The translations under genes were made by a program, and so were the position numbers. A DNA stretch of 64,000 nucleotides from NCBI GenBank assembly GCA_964598535.1, contig CAZRCI010000028.1, positions 1,489 to 65,488 of the forward strand, written 5' to 3'. Shown here piece by piece: positions 45,721 through 55,813 of the stretch; the stretch's first letter is position 1; each line of letters opens with the position of its first letter. The stretch is from an uncultured Planctomycetaceae bacterium. GTDB lineage: Bacteria; Planctomycetota; Planctomycetia; Pirellulales; PALSA-1355. The notes under the pieces were generated by a model. That model searched no databases. It was not told where the DNA came from and saw nothing but the letters and a program-made list of their open reading frames with translations.

Positions 45721-46812
45721 GTCGTTATCGGGACTCTCGCCCTTGCCGCCGACCACTTCGCCTCCCGCCATGATTTTCGACTTCAGCTCCTCGACCAGCG
45801 CTGGGTTTTCCAGCAGATAGGCCCGGGTCTTTTCACGGCCTTGTCCCAATTGCACATCGCCATAGCGGAACCAGGCGCCGGAGCGGACGACCAGCTTCTG
45901 CACGATCGCCAGATCCAGAACGTCGGCCTCGTAGCTGATGCCGTTGGTGTGCATCATGTCGAACTCGGCCAGCCGGAACGGCGGGGCCACCTTGTTCTTC
46001 ACGACCTTCGCACGGACCCGCTGGCCGACGACCTCTTCTCCCTCTTTCAGTTGACCGATGCGGCGGACATCAATGCGGCAGGAACTGTAGAACTTGAGGG
46101 CCCGTCCGCCGGGAGTGGTTTCGGGACTCCCGAACATCACGCCGATCTTTTCGCGGATCTGGTTGATAAAGATCACGCAGGTCTTGCTCCGGTTGATCGT
46201 GCCGGTCAGTTTCCGCAACGACTGGCTCATCAGCCGAGCTTGCAGGCCGACGTGCGAGTCGCCAATTTCACCCTCGAGCTCTTTCCTCGGAACCAGGGCC
46301 GCGACCGAGTCGACCACGATCACGTCGACCGCGTTCGACTTGATCAGCATTTCGGTAATGTGCATCGCCTCTTCGCCGCTGCCCGGCTGGCTTACCAACA
46401 GCGTCTCGAGGTCGACGCCCAGTTTCTTGGCCCAGCTAGGGTCCAGGGCGTGTTCGGCGTCGATAAACGCCGCAATACCACCGCCCTTTTGGGCTTGGGC
46501 CACGACATGCAGGGCCAGCGTCGTCTTGCCGCTCGATTCCGGGCCAAACACCTCGATAATGCGGCCTTTGGGGATTCCTTGACCGCCCAACGCCAGGTCC
46601 AGCGACAGGCTGCCCGTGGGAATGCCTTCGATTTGGGTCGCCTTGGCGGAACCCAAAGGCATGATTGCCCCTTCGCCAAACTGCTTTTCGATCTGCGCAA
46701 CGGTATTGCGCAGGTCGGCGTTGCCGTCCAGGACGCTGGCGGGCTCTTTCGTCTTCTTGGTCGATTTCGATTCTTTGGCCATACGATGGTTCGATTTGGT
46801 GGCGGTGACCAT
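45709..46812 (-). CDS. recA: recombinase RecA
   Basis: Walker [47 protein letters not shown]. The start is ambiguous (46812 or 46782). Confidence 0.95.
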   Translation of the reverse strand: MVTATKSNHRMAKESKSTKKTKEPASVLDGNADLRNTVAQIEKQFGEGAIMPLGSAKATQIEGIPTGSLSLDLALGGQGIPKGRIIEVFGPESSGKTTLALHVVAQAQKGGGIAAFIDAEHALDPSWAKKLGVDLETLLVSQPGSGEEAMHITEMLIKSNAVDVIVVDSVAALVPRKELEGEIGDSHVGLQARLMSQSLRKLTGTINRSKTCVIFINQIREKIGVMFGSPETTPGGRALKFYSSCRIDVRRIGQLKEGEEVVGQRVRAKVVKNKVAPPFRLAEFDMMHTNGISYEADVLDLAIVQKLVVRSGAWFRYGDVQLGQGREKTRAYLLENPALVEELKSKIMAGGEVVGGKGESPDNDADA

Positions 46813-47134
46813 GGGAATAGGGATTCCTTGTACTTGAAGACTTTGGCCAGCGAATGCGACGGACACGGCGGCCAAGGCGAGGGGGGCTTCAATGAGCGTT
46901 CCCTCATGGCGGCAGTGAACGTCTGTACATACTATCGGCGTTTGGCCGGATCTTCAAGAGCTGCGTGGCGAGAATTTTTTCCGCGTGCCGAGACCAGACG
47001 TCCCCGCGCGGAATGCTAGCGTCCCGCAGCCGCTTAGCATCTTAGCAAAGGGGCTGGCGCGCGCGTACAGCGGCTGCCGGGGAGCGTCTTGGCGGAATCG
47101 TTAGCGGCTGGAGAAACTTTGAGGCCCCGCGCGG

Positions 47135-47917
47135 CTAAAACCGCATGGCCGTAAAGCCGCCATCGACGTAATACGCCGCGCCGGTAATATAGCTGCCAGC
47201 CCGTTGCGAGAGCAGCAAGAGCGCCGCGCCGACCAGCTCCTCCGGCTCGCCAAACCGTGCCATCGGCGTCTGGGTCATGATGTTCGCCGTGCGGTCGGCA
47301 TCCAGAATCGCCCGGTTCTGTTCCGCCGGAAAGAAGCCCGGGCACAGGGCGTTTACGCGAACTCCTTGCGGCGCGAGCTCCCGGGCCACATTCTGCGTGA
47401 GATTGATCACCGCGGCTTTCGAGGCGCTATACGCGAACACGCGCGACAGCGGCTTGTCGCTCGTCACGCTGCCGATGTTCAAAATCGAGCCGCCGCCATT
47501 GGCCGCCATGTGGGCCCCGAAGATTTGGCAACCCCAGTGGGTTCCGCGCAGATTGACGTCGATCACCCGTTGCCAGTCGTCGTCGCCGACTTCCAGATAC
47601 GCGCTCGCCGCGTTGACGCCCGCGCAGTTCACGAGGATGTCGACCCGCTGAAGCTTGCCGAGCGTCTGTGCCAGCAGGGCTTCGATCGAGCCTCGCTCGC
47701 GGACGTTCACCGGCAGGTAGATCGCTTTGCCGCCGCCGGCTTCGATCGCTCGGACTCGCTCAGCCCCGCGCTCGGCGCTGCTGCCCGCCACGACGACCGT
47801 GGCTCCGGCCTGAGCGATTCCCTCGGCCAATGCCCCGCCCAGCACGCCTGTGCCGCCCACGACCACGGCGACCTGGCCATCGAGCCCGAACAGTTCGTCA
47901 AGAAAGGATCTGGCCAT
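47135..47917 (-). CDS. SDR family oxidoreductase
   Basis: Internal ATG 47917. VVVGGTGVLGGALA and YSASKAAV. Confidence 0.85.
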   Translation of the reverse strand: MARSFLDELFGLDGQVAVVVGGTGVLGGALAEGIAQAGATVVVAGSSAERGAERVRAIEAGGGKAIYLPVNVRERGSIEALLAQTLGKLQRVDILVNCAGVNAASAYLEVGDDDWQRVIDVNLRGTHWGCQIFGAHMAANGGGSILNIGSVTSDKPLSRVFAYSASKAAVINLTQNVARELAPQGVRVNALCPGFFPAEQNRAILDADRTANIMTQTPMARFGEPEELVGAALLLLSQRAGSYITGAAYYVDGGFTAMRF

Positions 47918-48023
47918 GATGGGTTCTCTTGCGCGATCGAAGTCGAACGGTTGAAAAGGCGGGAGGACGAACCGCGGCGGACGTTCGGTGGTTGGGCTTC
48001 TTCGTTTTCCTTCGTCGGATCTA

Positions 48024-49466
48024 TTACTTCTTGGGTTCGCGCCGCAACCGCAGCCAGTCGCTATGAAACGAGCCCGGCTTGTCGGTCCGCTCGTAGGTGT
48101 GAGCGCCGAAATAATCACGCTGCGCTTGCAGCAGGTTCGCCGGCAAACGTTCCTGCCGATAGCCGTCGAAATAGGCCAAGGCCGCCGAGAACGCGGGCGT
48201 CGGCACGCCCAACTTGATCGCCGTGCAAACCACGTGGCGCCACGCCGGTTGGGCCTTTTCGACCGCTTCGGTGAAGTAGGGCGCCAACAGCAGGTTCTCG
48301 AGCCGCGGATCGGCGTCGAACGCCTCCTTGATGCGGTCCAGGAACCGTGCGCGAATGATGCACCCGCCCCGCCACAAGAGCGCGATATCGCCGAAGTTCA
48401 ACGGCCAGTCGTGTTCTTTCGCCGCCGCCGCCATTTGCACGAAGCCCTGGGCATAGCTACAGATCTTCGAGGCGTATAGCGCGTGTCGGGTTTCTTCTAT
48501 AAACTGTTTTTTGTCGTCCTCGAACTTCGCCGCCGGGCCCTTGAGCACTTTGCTCGCTCGCGTGCGCGCGTCTTTCATGGCCGACAGGCAGCGGGCGTAC
48601 ACGGCCTCGGTCACCAGCGTGCTGGGCACTCCCAAGTCGAGCGCCAACTGGCTCATCCACTTGCCGGTTCCCTTGGCGCCGGCCTTGTCCAGCACGTAGT
48701 CGACCAGGTAGTTGTCCGTATCCGGATCGCGCACGCTGAAGATGTCGCGCGTGATTTCGATCAGATAGCTGTCCAGCTCGCCGCGGTTCCATTCGTCGAA
48801 CACGTTGTACAGCTCTTCGTTCGACAGCCGCAGGGCGTGCTTGAGCACGAAGTAGGCCTCGCAGATAAGCTGCATGTCGCCGTACTCGATGCCGTTATGC
48901 ACCATCTTCACATAATGTCCCGCGCCGCGCGGCCCCACCCATTCGGCGCAGGGAATGTCGCCGTTCGGGCCCACTTTGGCGGCGATCGCCTGGAAGATCG
49001 GCTTCACCAGCGGCCACGCGGCGGGCGAACCGCCGGGCATCATGCTGGGGCCCTTGAGCGCGCCCTCTTCGCCGCCCGAGACGCCCGTGCCCACGTACAG
49101 CAGGCCCTTCGCTTCGACCTCGGTCGTGCGGCGCTCGGTATCGACATAGTAGCTGTTGCCGCCGTCGATGATCACGTCGCCCTTGTCCAGCAGCGGCAAG
49201 AGCTGTTCGATCACGGCGTCGACCGGCGGACCGGCCTTGACCATCAGCATCACCTTGCGCGGTGCTTTCAGGCTGGCCACCAGCTCCTCGACCGTGTGGC
49301 AGCCGACGAAGTTCTTGCCCTTTGCCCGGCCGCCGATGAAGTCGTCCACGACCTTCGTCGTGCGATTGAAAACGGCGACGTGATAGCCGCGGCTCTCCAT
49401 GTTCAGAGCCAGGTTCTCGCCCATCACCGCCAGGCCGATCAGTCCGATGTCGCAATTCGCAGCCAT
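48024..49466 (-). CDS. gnd: 6-phosphogluconate dehydrogenase (decarboxylating)
   Basis: IGLIGLAVMGENLALN, GGNSYY, and the conserved C-terminal tail RDYFGAHTYER. Confidence 0.95.
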   Translation of the reverse strand: MAANCDIGLIGLAVMGENLALNMESRGYHVAVFNRTTKVVDDFIGGRAKGKNFVGCHTVEELVASLKAPRKVMLMVKAGPPVDAVIEQLLPLLDKGDVIIDGGNSYYVDTERRTTEVEAKGLLYVGTGVSGGEEGALKGPSMMPGGSPAAWPLVKPIFQAIAAKVGPNGDIPCAEWVGPRGAGHYVKMVHNGIEYGDMQLICEAYFVLKHALRLSNEELYNVFDEWNRGELDSYLIEITRDIFSVRDPDTDNYLVDYVLDKAGAKGTGKWMSQLALDLGVPSTLVTEAVYARCLSAMKDARTRASKVLKGPAAKFEDDKKQFIEETRHALYASKICSYAQGFVQMAAAAKEHDWPLNFGDIALLWRGGCIIRARFLDRIKEAFDADPRLENLLLAPYFTEAVEKAQPAWRHVVCTAIKLGVPTPAFSAALAYFDGYRQERLPANLLQAQRDYFGAHTYERTDKPGSFHSDWLRLRREPKK

Positions 49467-49551
49467 GATTTAATTGATTTACTGTTGCTTAGGTTGGTTC
49501 TTGGAGGGGGGCGCTTTCGGCCCAATGCAGTCGCGACCCGATTCAGGCGTT

Positions 49552-50412
49552 CTATCGCTTCCACGGAGGCAACTCGGGCAGGTAGCCTTCGAACTCGGCC
49601 AGCAGCTTCTGTTGGTATTCGCCGGCGAACGTGCCGTTCAAAAATCGGTCGATGCCTTCCTCGTGCAGCCGTTTCCAGCTTGCTTCCTCGTGTCCGGGGT
49701 TGATCGGATAGAACAACGCGTCGTTGGCCACCGCCGCCTTGTGGTCGCCCGGGGCGTCGCCAATCATGAGCGTGTGGTTCGGTTTGTACTTCTTGGCGTT
49801 GGCCAAGGTTTCTTTCTTCGAGCCGATTTCCTGCCCGCAGATCGCCCGCACGTACCTGGCCAGGTCGTGTTCTTCCCACTCGCGCTCGAGGGCCTCGTTC
49901 GGCGTGGCCGAGACCACCAGCAGGTCGGCCTTCGCCTGGAGCTTTTCCAGGCATTCGCGCACAAACGGAAACGGCGGCACGTTGCTCACCACCTCGGTCA
50001 CCGTGGCGTTCACCGCCTGCGACCAGGCCAGCGCTCGCGTCAGGTCCGCGTCGCCCGTCTTCCGTACCTCGGCCTCGAGCGCCGGGTTGCCGAGCTTCGT
50101 CTCCCGCTTCATCCACTCGACGATCCCCGCGGGAATGCGAATCTCGACATTGCGGGCGATCACCTCGGGCCGCTGCTTGAGCCACTCGAGCGCCTCGATC
50201 AACGCCGGAAAGCGGTTGATTCCCCGGCTTTTCGAGTACAGGTTCACGAATTCGGCCGCCTCGCGGGCGTACTTGCTCACGCCGGCCAGGCCATAGTGCT
50301 TGATGATGTTCGGAATGAAGCACTCTTTGTGCTTCACTTCCATCGTGTCGAACGCGCAGCCGTCGGAATCGATGCCGACTAGGAACTCATGCTGGGGAGT
50401 AATTTCGTACAT
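49552..50412 (-). CDS. HAD-superfamily hydrolase
   Basis: Motif I GIDSDGCAFD and motif IV-like LMIGDAPGD. Confidence 0.7.
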   Translation of the reverse strand: MYEITPQHEFLVGIDSDGCAFDTMEVKHKECFIPNIIKHYGLAGVSKYAREAAEFVNLYSKSRGINRFPALIEALEWLKQRPEVIARNVEIRIPAGIVEWMKRETKLGNPALEAEVRKTGDADLTRALAWSQAVNATVTEVVSNVPPFPFVRECLEKLQAKADLLVVSATPNEALEREWEEHDLARYVRAICGQEIGSKKETLANAKKYKPNHTLMIGDAPGDHKAAVANDALFYPINPGHEEASWKRLHEEGIDRFLNGTFAGEYQQKLLAEFEGYLPELPPWKR

Positions 50413-50451
50413 AAACTTGTGGATGTTATCGCGATTGCTTGAAAGGTCTTT

Positions 50452-51741
50452 TTATTTACGGTCGGCCTGGGGGACATACTTGCCCAGCTTTTGCGTGGCA
50501 TGAATCGGCTGAAACCGCGTCATCCGGAAGCGGCCGTCCACGAGCGGCATCGTGAGCATGTCTTCGCCCACCAGCGGCTTGGCGTAACGCACGAAGTCGT
50601 CCGTCACGTCGTTTCCTTCGGCGGTGATCCACTGCTGGGGGAACGTCCGCTCGCTGTTGGCCACCTCGGCCAGCGGCACCTTATCGTACCGCACGCTGTA
50701 GATCGGCGGCTCGTTCCGCAGAATCGTCGACATGTAGCCGTTCTCGCCCCGCGCGGCGAGCAGCGCCGCGAGCTGGCCGCTACGATAGGCTTCTTCCAGG
50801 TCCACGGTCGAAGCCAGCGCGATCGCGTGCCGCTGGTCGGTGCCCGGCACGTTGCCGCGGGCCGCGCCCTTGGCCGCCAGGCCCACTTTGTTCAAGTGGT
50901 TTACCACGGCCTGGGCCACGGTCATCTGGCTGCTGCTGAACATCACGTGGCCGAACGAGTCGCGCACCTCGCCCAGTGAGCCGACGTCGAACCCTTCGCT
51001 CACCACGACCACGCAGCGCCCGCGCTTGCGAAGCTGGTCGTTCACCTGGTCGGCCAACTGCTCCAAGGAACAGGGGCTCTCGGCCAGGTAGATTTGCAGC
51101 GGCATCTCGCGCGCCGGATCGGCCAGCCGCGCCGCGGCCGGAATGTAACCGATCTTGCGCCCCATCGCCTGCATCACCAGCACGGGGTCGGCTGGCGAGG
51201 AGCCTTCGTTCTCTTCGTTCGCGGCCTGCACCATGTGCATCCAATACTTGGCCACCGAGCCGTACCCCGGCGTGTGGTCGATCAGCTTGAACGCGCTGTC
51301 GCCGACGTCGTTGTCGATCGTCTTCGGCACGCCCACGCCCGTCAGGTCCAGCCCACGCTCGCGGGCCAGCGCGGCCACCTTGTTGGCCGTGTCCATCGAG
51401 TCGTTGCCGCCGATGTACAGAAAGTACCCCACGTCGTGAGCCTTGAAGACTTCGATCACCCGGTCGAAATCTTCGGTCTGATTCGGCTTGAGCTTGTAGC
51501 GGCACGTGCCGATCGAACCGGCCGCCGGCGTATACCGCAGCAGCGAAACTTCCTCGGCCGGTTGGGCCGAGAGGTCGAGCAGTGCTTCCTTCAGCACCCC
51601 TTCGATGCCGTGTACGGCGCCATAGACCGTGCCGATCTCGGCCAGCTCGCGGGCGGTTTCAATAATCCCCCGCAAGCTGTTATTGATGACGGGGCTCGGG
51701 CCGCCGCTCTGGGCGACAACCATGTTTCGGGGCTTGGACAT
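50452..51741 (-). CDS. 6-phosphofructokinase family, probably PPi-dependent
   Basis: Internal ATG 51741. SGGPSPVINN and PKTIDND. GGNDS has Asp at the position that is Gly in ATP-dependent PFKs. Confidence 0.85.
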   Translation of the reverse strand: MSKPRNMVVAQSGGPSPVINNSLRGIIETARELAEIGTVYGAVHGIEGVLKEALLDLSAQPAEEVSLLRYTPAAGSIGTCRYKLKPNQTEDFDRVIEVFKAHDVGYFLYIGGNDSMDTANKVAALARERGLDLTGVGVPKTIDNDVGDSAFKLIDHTPGYGSVAKYWMHMVQAANEENEGSSPADPVLVMQAMGRKIGYIPAAARLADPAREMPLQIYLAESPCSLEQLADQVNDQLRKRGRCVVVVSEGFDVGSLGEVRDSFGHVMFSSSQMTVAQAVVNHLNKVGLAAKGAARGNVPGTDQRHAIALASTVDLEEAYRSGQLAALLAARGENGYMSTILRNEPPIYSVRYDKVPLAEVANSERTFPQQWITAEGNDVTDDFVRYAKPLVGEDMLTMPLVDGRFRMTRFQPIHATQKLGKYVPQADRK

Positions 51742-51871
51742 ACGGCAACACCAGGGGGCGCATTCGGGCCGGCAAGAAACCCAAATGGTAACAGCCGCTC
51801 GGCAAGCGCGAAAGCCCCTGAATCGGCGGCGGAAAAGCCCGCGGAGAACGCCTCGCTTTCGAGAAATTGCG

Positions 51872-53194
51872 CTACGTATACCGCACGCCACGATGCTCCG
51901 GCTCGAAGAACGCCGGCAACATCCCATCCACGCGCAGCAGCCCCTTGCGAGTGAGCGTCACCTGCTGGTCATCGAACGTGAGCAACGCATCGTCCGCGTG
52001 TCGCTGGAACTCGCCGCGCCAGTGGTCGAGGATGTCGACCCCGAACTTACGGCGGAAATAATCCACGTCGAGCTGTCCCGTCTTGAGCTGCAAGATCATC
52101 TCGCGGACCAGCCGTTGATGCGGCGTCGGTCTTAGCCCGCGATACAGCGGCAACTCTCCCTGTTCCAAGCGGCCGACGTATCCGGCCCAGTCGGGCTCGT
52201 TCTGATAGTGGACGCCCGAGGCGTGCCCGAAGCTGGCGACCCCGGTCGCCAGCAGGTCGCTGCCGTGCCACAGGTTGTCGCGGTAGCTGAAGTTCACCTT
52301 GCGCTTGTCTTTGACCATCGTGTAGGCGCTCGACGCGCTGTAGCCGCCCGCGGCCAGCTCGTCGAACGCGTAGCTCACCCAGTCGCGTTTCAGTGGCCAG
52401 TCGGCCACGGGCGTTTCGATCTGGTTGCCCAGAATGTCCTTGGAATAGACCGTGTTGAACGGCAATTCCATCTGGTAGATCGTGACGCTGTCCGGAGCGA
52501 GCGCGATCGTCTTCGCAATGCACTCGCGCCAATTCTCCCACGTCTCGCCGACCATGCCCGCGATCAGGTCGATGTTCACGTTCGGAAAGCCGGCCGCGCG
52601 AATCCAGTCCCAGGCCTTGTAGACTTCGCCCGAGAGGTGCGCCCGGCCGTTCTCTTCGAGCACGGCGTCACTGAAGTTCTCCACGCCCAGGCTCAAGCGC
52701 GTGACGCCCAGCTCGCGGAGCGTGGCCACCTTGGGTTCCGAGAGCGTGCCCGGCTCGCACTCGAAGGTGACTTCCTCGGCATGGTCCCAGTTGATGTTCG
52801 CCCGCAGCCGATCCACCAGCCGCGTGAGCTGCTTGCCGCTCAGAAACGAGGGCGTCCCGCCGCCAAAGTACACGAAGCGAAACGGCCGGCCGCCCATCAC
52901 TTCGAGTTTGCTGACCAGCTCGATTTCGTGCGCCAGCGCCGAGACATACGTTTCCACGTCGTCCGCGCGCTTGTCCGTATACACGCGAAAGTAGCAGAAC
53001 TTGCACCGCTTGCGGCAGAACGGAATATGCAGGTAAAGCCCCAGCGGCGCCGGCTCCGAGCCGCCCGGCGGCACAAGTGGCGGCGCGTGCAGCGCGGCGC
53101 GCACGTCGGCGAGCGACTCGGCCGACCATTGCGAGAACGGCGGATAGTTCGAGATGAAGTAACTGCCAACCTCGGTTTTCGATTCCGTTGCCAT
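51872..53194 (-). CDS. HemN-family radical SAM protein (coproporphyrinogen III oxidase-like)
   Basis: LYLHIPFCRKRCKFCYF (CxxxCxxC), GGGTPS, HemN C-terminal domain. Confidence 0.85.
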   Translation of the reverse strand: MATESKTEVGSYFISNYPPFSQWSAESLADVRAALHAPPLVPPGGSEPAPLGLYLHIPFCRKRCKFCYFRVYTDKRADDVETYVSALAHEIELVSKLEVMGGRPFRFVYFGGGTPSFLSGKQLTRLVDRLRANINWDHAEEVTFECEPGTLSEPKVATLRELGVTRLSLGVENFSDAVLEENGRAHLSGEVYKAWDWIRAAGFPNVNIDLIAGMVGETWENWRECIAKTIALAPDSVTIYQMELPFNTVYSKDILGNQIETPVADWPLKRDWVSYAFDELAAGGYSASSAYTMVKDKRKVNFSYRDNLWHGSDLLATGVASFGHASGVHYQNEPDWAGYVGRLEQGELPLYRGLRPTPHQRLVREMILQLKTGQLDVDYFRRKFGVDILDHWRGEFQRHADDALLTFDDQQVTLTRKGLLRVDGMLPAFFEPEHRGVRYT

Positions 53195-53297
53195 TGCTCA
53201 ACCTCGCTCTCGCGGCACGCGCCGCTTTTTCCGAATCGATTTCCGCAAGTCTCGACGGCGAAGCCCCGCCCCAGGGTAACTCAAAAGTTCAAGCTGG

Positions 53298-53328
53298 GTG
53301 CCACTGCTGGCTTATCCAGCAGTGGCAC
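53298..53328 (-). terminator. 13-bp perfect hairpin downstream of the PQQ-propeller gene; its left arm recurs at the window end
   Basis: GTGCCACTGCTGG (53298-53310), loop CTTAT, CCAGCAGTGGCAC (53316-53328). Confidence 0.6.
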
Positions 53329-53376
53329 ACGGAACAGTCCAAGATGAAACTCTGAGTAGCCCTGAACCTCGCCCCA

Positions 53377-54543
53377 TTACTTCTTCGCCCCGAAACAGTA
53401 CAACGTGCCGTCCATGTTGCCGATCACCAGCCGGCCGCCGGCGACCGCGGGTGAGGCGACAAAGTCACCGCCGGCCTCATATTCCCAAACCTTCTTCCCA
53501 GTTTTTCGATCGAGCTCGTACAGCCGTCCGTCCGAAGCGCCGACGAACGCGCGATTGCCCACGACGACCGGCGACGAATCGACCCGCGCTCGCGTGCGAA
53601 ACTTCCACAGCTCTTTGCCCGTCGCCGGTTCGAGGGCGTACACCGTTTTATCGCGCCCGCCAAAGATCACCGCGGCCGCGTCGAGCGCCCCGCTCGAACG
53701 CAGCGGCATGTTCTTGCCCGTGTTCATCGTCCAGCGCACTTTGCCCTCGCGCCAATCGATGCAAAAAAACGTCGAGCCTTCGGTGCCAAAGTACACGCAG
53801 CGTTCGTCCGCGGCCGGCGTCGAGCCGGTGGGGCCGTCGATTTCGACGGTCGTGATCGCTTCGCCTTTATCCAGGTCGACGATGTGCAGCTTGGCGTCGC
53901 AGCCGGCCAGAAACGCCCGGCCTTCGACCACGGTCGGCTGGCAGCGAATCTGATCGCCGATCGTATAGGTCCACACCTCCTCGCCCGTCGCGGCCTTCAG
54001 GCAATAGAGCGTGGAGTCCTGCGATCCGAACAGCACGGTGTCTTTGTAGAAGTTCGCTCCGGAGTTGATCTCCGCGCCGGCTTCGAAGCCCCACAGCGGC
54101 TTGCCCGTGGCCGCTTCGAAGCAGTAAAACCGCCCGTCGCTGTCGCCGGCGAACACCCGCCCTTCACGCACGGCGGCCGGCGCCGTAAAGCCCAGATCCG
54201 TGTGATAACGCCACTTTTCCTTCCCATCGGCCAACGAAAGCACGTACAATTCGCCATCCAAACTGCCGGCGTACACCAGGCCGTCGGCGATCGCCACCGT
54301 AGCTTCGAAGCCGTGGTCCTGGCTGTTGAACTTCCACAGCACTTCGAGCTTTTCCGGCAATTCGCCGCTGGCGATGCCCGTGGCCATCGGATCGCCGCGG
54401 AACACCGGCCAGGCGTTCGCGGGCGAGGTGTTGCTCGGAGTGGCGGCGTTGGCGAAAGCGGATGCCGCGAGAATAGCGCACACCAGTGGCGCAAACGCAG
54501 CCATGCGCCGGATCGCGTTTCGTGGCCAGATATTGAACGCCAT
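53377..54543 (-). CDS. secreted PQQ-like beta-propeller repeat protein
   Basis: ATG 54543, 9 nt after GAGAGGGG. Signal peptide MAFNIWPRNAIRRMAAFAPLVCAILAASAFANA. Repeated G-x-LY-x-L-D-x-x-TGK-x-W blades. Confidence 0.8.
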   Translation of the reverse strand: MAFNIWPRNAIRRMAAFAPLVCAILAASAFANAATPSNTSPANAWPVFRGDPMATGIASGELPEKLEVLWKFNSQDHGFEATVAIADGLVYAGSLDGELYVLSLADGKEKWRYHTDLGFTAPAAVREGRVFAGDSDGRFYCFEAATGKPLWGFEAGAEINSGANFYKDTVLFGSQDSTLYCLKAATGEEVWTYTIGDQIRCQPTVVEGRAFLAGCDAKLHIVDLDKGEAITTVEIDGPTGSTPAADERCVYFGTEGSTFFCIDWREGKVRWTMNTGKNMPLRSSGALDAAAVIFGGRDKTVYALEPATGKELWKFRTRARVDSSPVVVGNRAFVGASDGRLYELDRKTGKKVWEYEAGGDFVASPAVAGGRLVIGNMDGTLYCFGAKK

Positions 54544-54575
54544 TGCGAAAAGCCCCTCTCGCGCCTTTACCGCAA

Positions 54576-55727
54576 TCAAAACGCCGCTTCGTACAGGGCG
54601 AGCAGTTCCGCCTCCCCTACCCTACGCGGATTGAACGTGCCGGTCCACTGTTTGGCCGCTTCGGCCGCCATTTCAGCGAGTTTCTCCCGTTCGACACCGC
54701 ACGCGCCGAGTCGAGTGGGCAGGCCCGCCTTCGCGACCAGCTCGGCAACGAACTCCGCGAGCCCCGCAAAGCCGCTCTCCGGGCGAGGAAAGCCATTCGC
54801 GCCGCCCGTGCCTTCGAGCAGGTCTTGATACCAAGGGCCAAACTCCGCGCCGTTGAAGCGAATCACGTGCGGCAGCATCAGGCCGATCGCCCGGCCATGC
54901 ACGATGCCATACCGGGCCGTCAGCGGATTGGCCAGCGCGTGGGCCGCCCCCAGCATCGAGTTTTCGATCGCCAGCCCCGCGAAGCACGCTCCCAGTTGCA
55001 TCGCGCCGCGCGCGTCCAGGTTTTCCGGCTCATCGAGCACGCGTGGGAAGTTCTCGGCCAGCAGCAGCCACGCTTCGCGGCTGAAAGCCAGAGAGACCGG
55101 GTTGCGCACCTTCGTTACATAGGTCTCGAGCGCATGGGCGATCGCGTCGATGCCGGTCAGCGCGGTGACCACGGGCGGTTGCGAGACCGTCAGCGTAGGG
55201 TCGAGAACCGCTACCCGGAACGAGGCTTTCTTATCGCCGCAGGCCATCTTGGCGTGCGTCTTGGCGTCGGAGATCAGGGCGAACGACTGCGTTTCGCTGC
55301 CCGTGCCGGCCGTCGTGGGGACCGCGATCATCGGTAGCATCGGCCGCGTGGCCTTGCCCACGCCCCAGTAGTCCTGCATCCGGCCGCCGCCCGAGTAGAG
55401 GAAGTTGATGCCCTTCGCGCAGTCCATCGAGCTGCCGCCGCCCAGGCCCACGATCAGCTCGGGTTGATACCGCTTGGCAATCGCCACCCCGGCGTCGACG
55501 TTGTCCGTCGTGGGGTTTTCTTCCACGCCGTCGAAGAGTTGGACCTCGATGCCGGCCTTGGCCAGCGATTCCAGCCCGCGTGCCGCGTGGCCCGCCTGCA
55601 CGATCCCCGGATCGCTGACGACCAGCGCCCGCCGGGCGCCAAGCTCGCCGGCCAAAGCCCCCAGCAGGTCGATCTTGTCGGGCCCAAACACGATTCGCGT
55701 GCGCGGCTGGAAGTCGAAAGGAATCAT
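54576..55727 (-). CDS. iron-containing (group III) alcohol dehydrogenase
   Basis: GLGGGSSMDCAKG and metal-binding His motifs (IDAIAHALE, GAAHALANP). Confidence 0.9.
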   Translation of the reverse strand: MIPFDFQPRTRIVFGPDKIDLLGALAGELGARRALVVSDPGIVQAGHAARGLESLAKAGIEVQLFDGVEENPTTDNVDAGVAIAKRYQPELIVGLGGGSSMDCAKGINFLYSGGGRMQDYWGVGKATRPMLPMIAVPTTAGTGSETQSFALISDAKTHAKMACGDKKASFRVAVLDPTLTVSQPPVVTALTGIDAIAHALETYVTKVRNPVSLAFSREAWLLLAENFPRVLDEPENLDARGAMQLGACFAGLAIENSMLGAAHALANPLTARYGIVHGRAIGLMLPHVIRFNGAEFGPWYQDLLEGTGGANGFPRPESGFAGLAEFVAELVAKAGLPTRLGACGVEREKLAEMAAEAAKQWTGTFNPRRVGEAELLALYEAAF

Positions 55728-55813
55728 GCACGCATCGCGGTGGGGTGAATTCGGGCAGGCAGTATGACATCCGGAACGCCGCCGGGGGCTTGTCCCCCGG
55801 GAGGCGACCGTTT

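Noticed and set aside
45841-47019. 392-aa plus-strand ORF
   Set aside because: It is antisense to recA.
48483-49703. 406-aa plus-strand ORF
   Set aside because: It is antisense to gnd.
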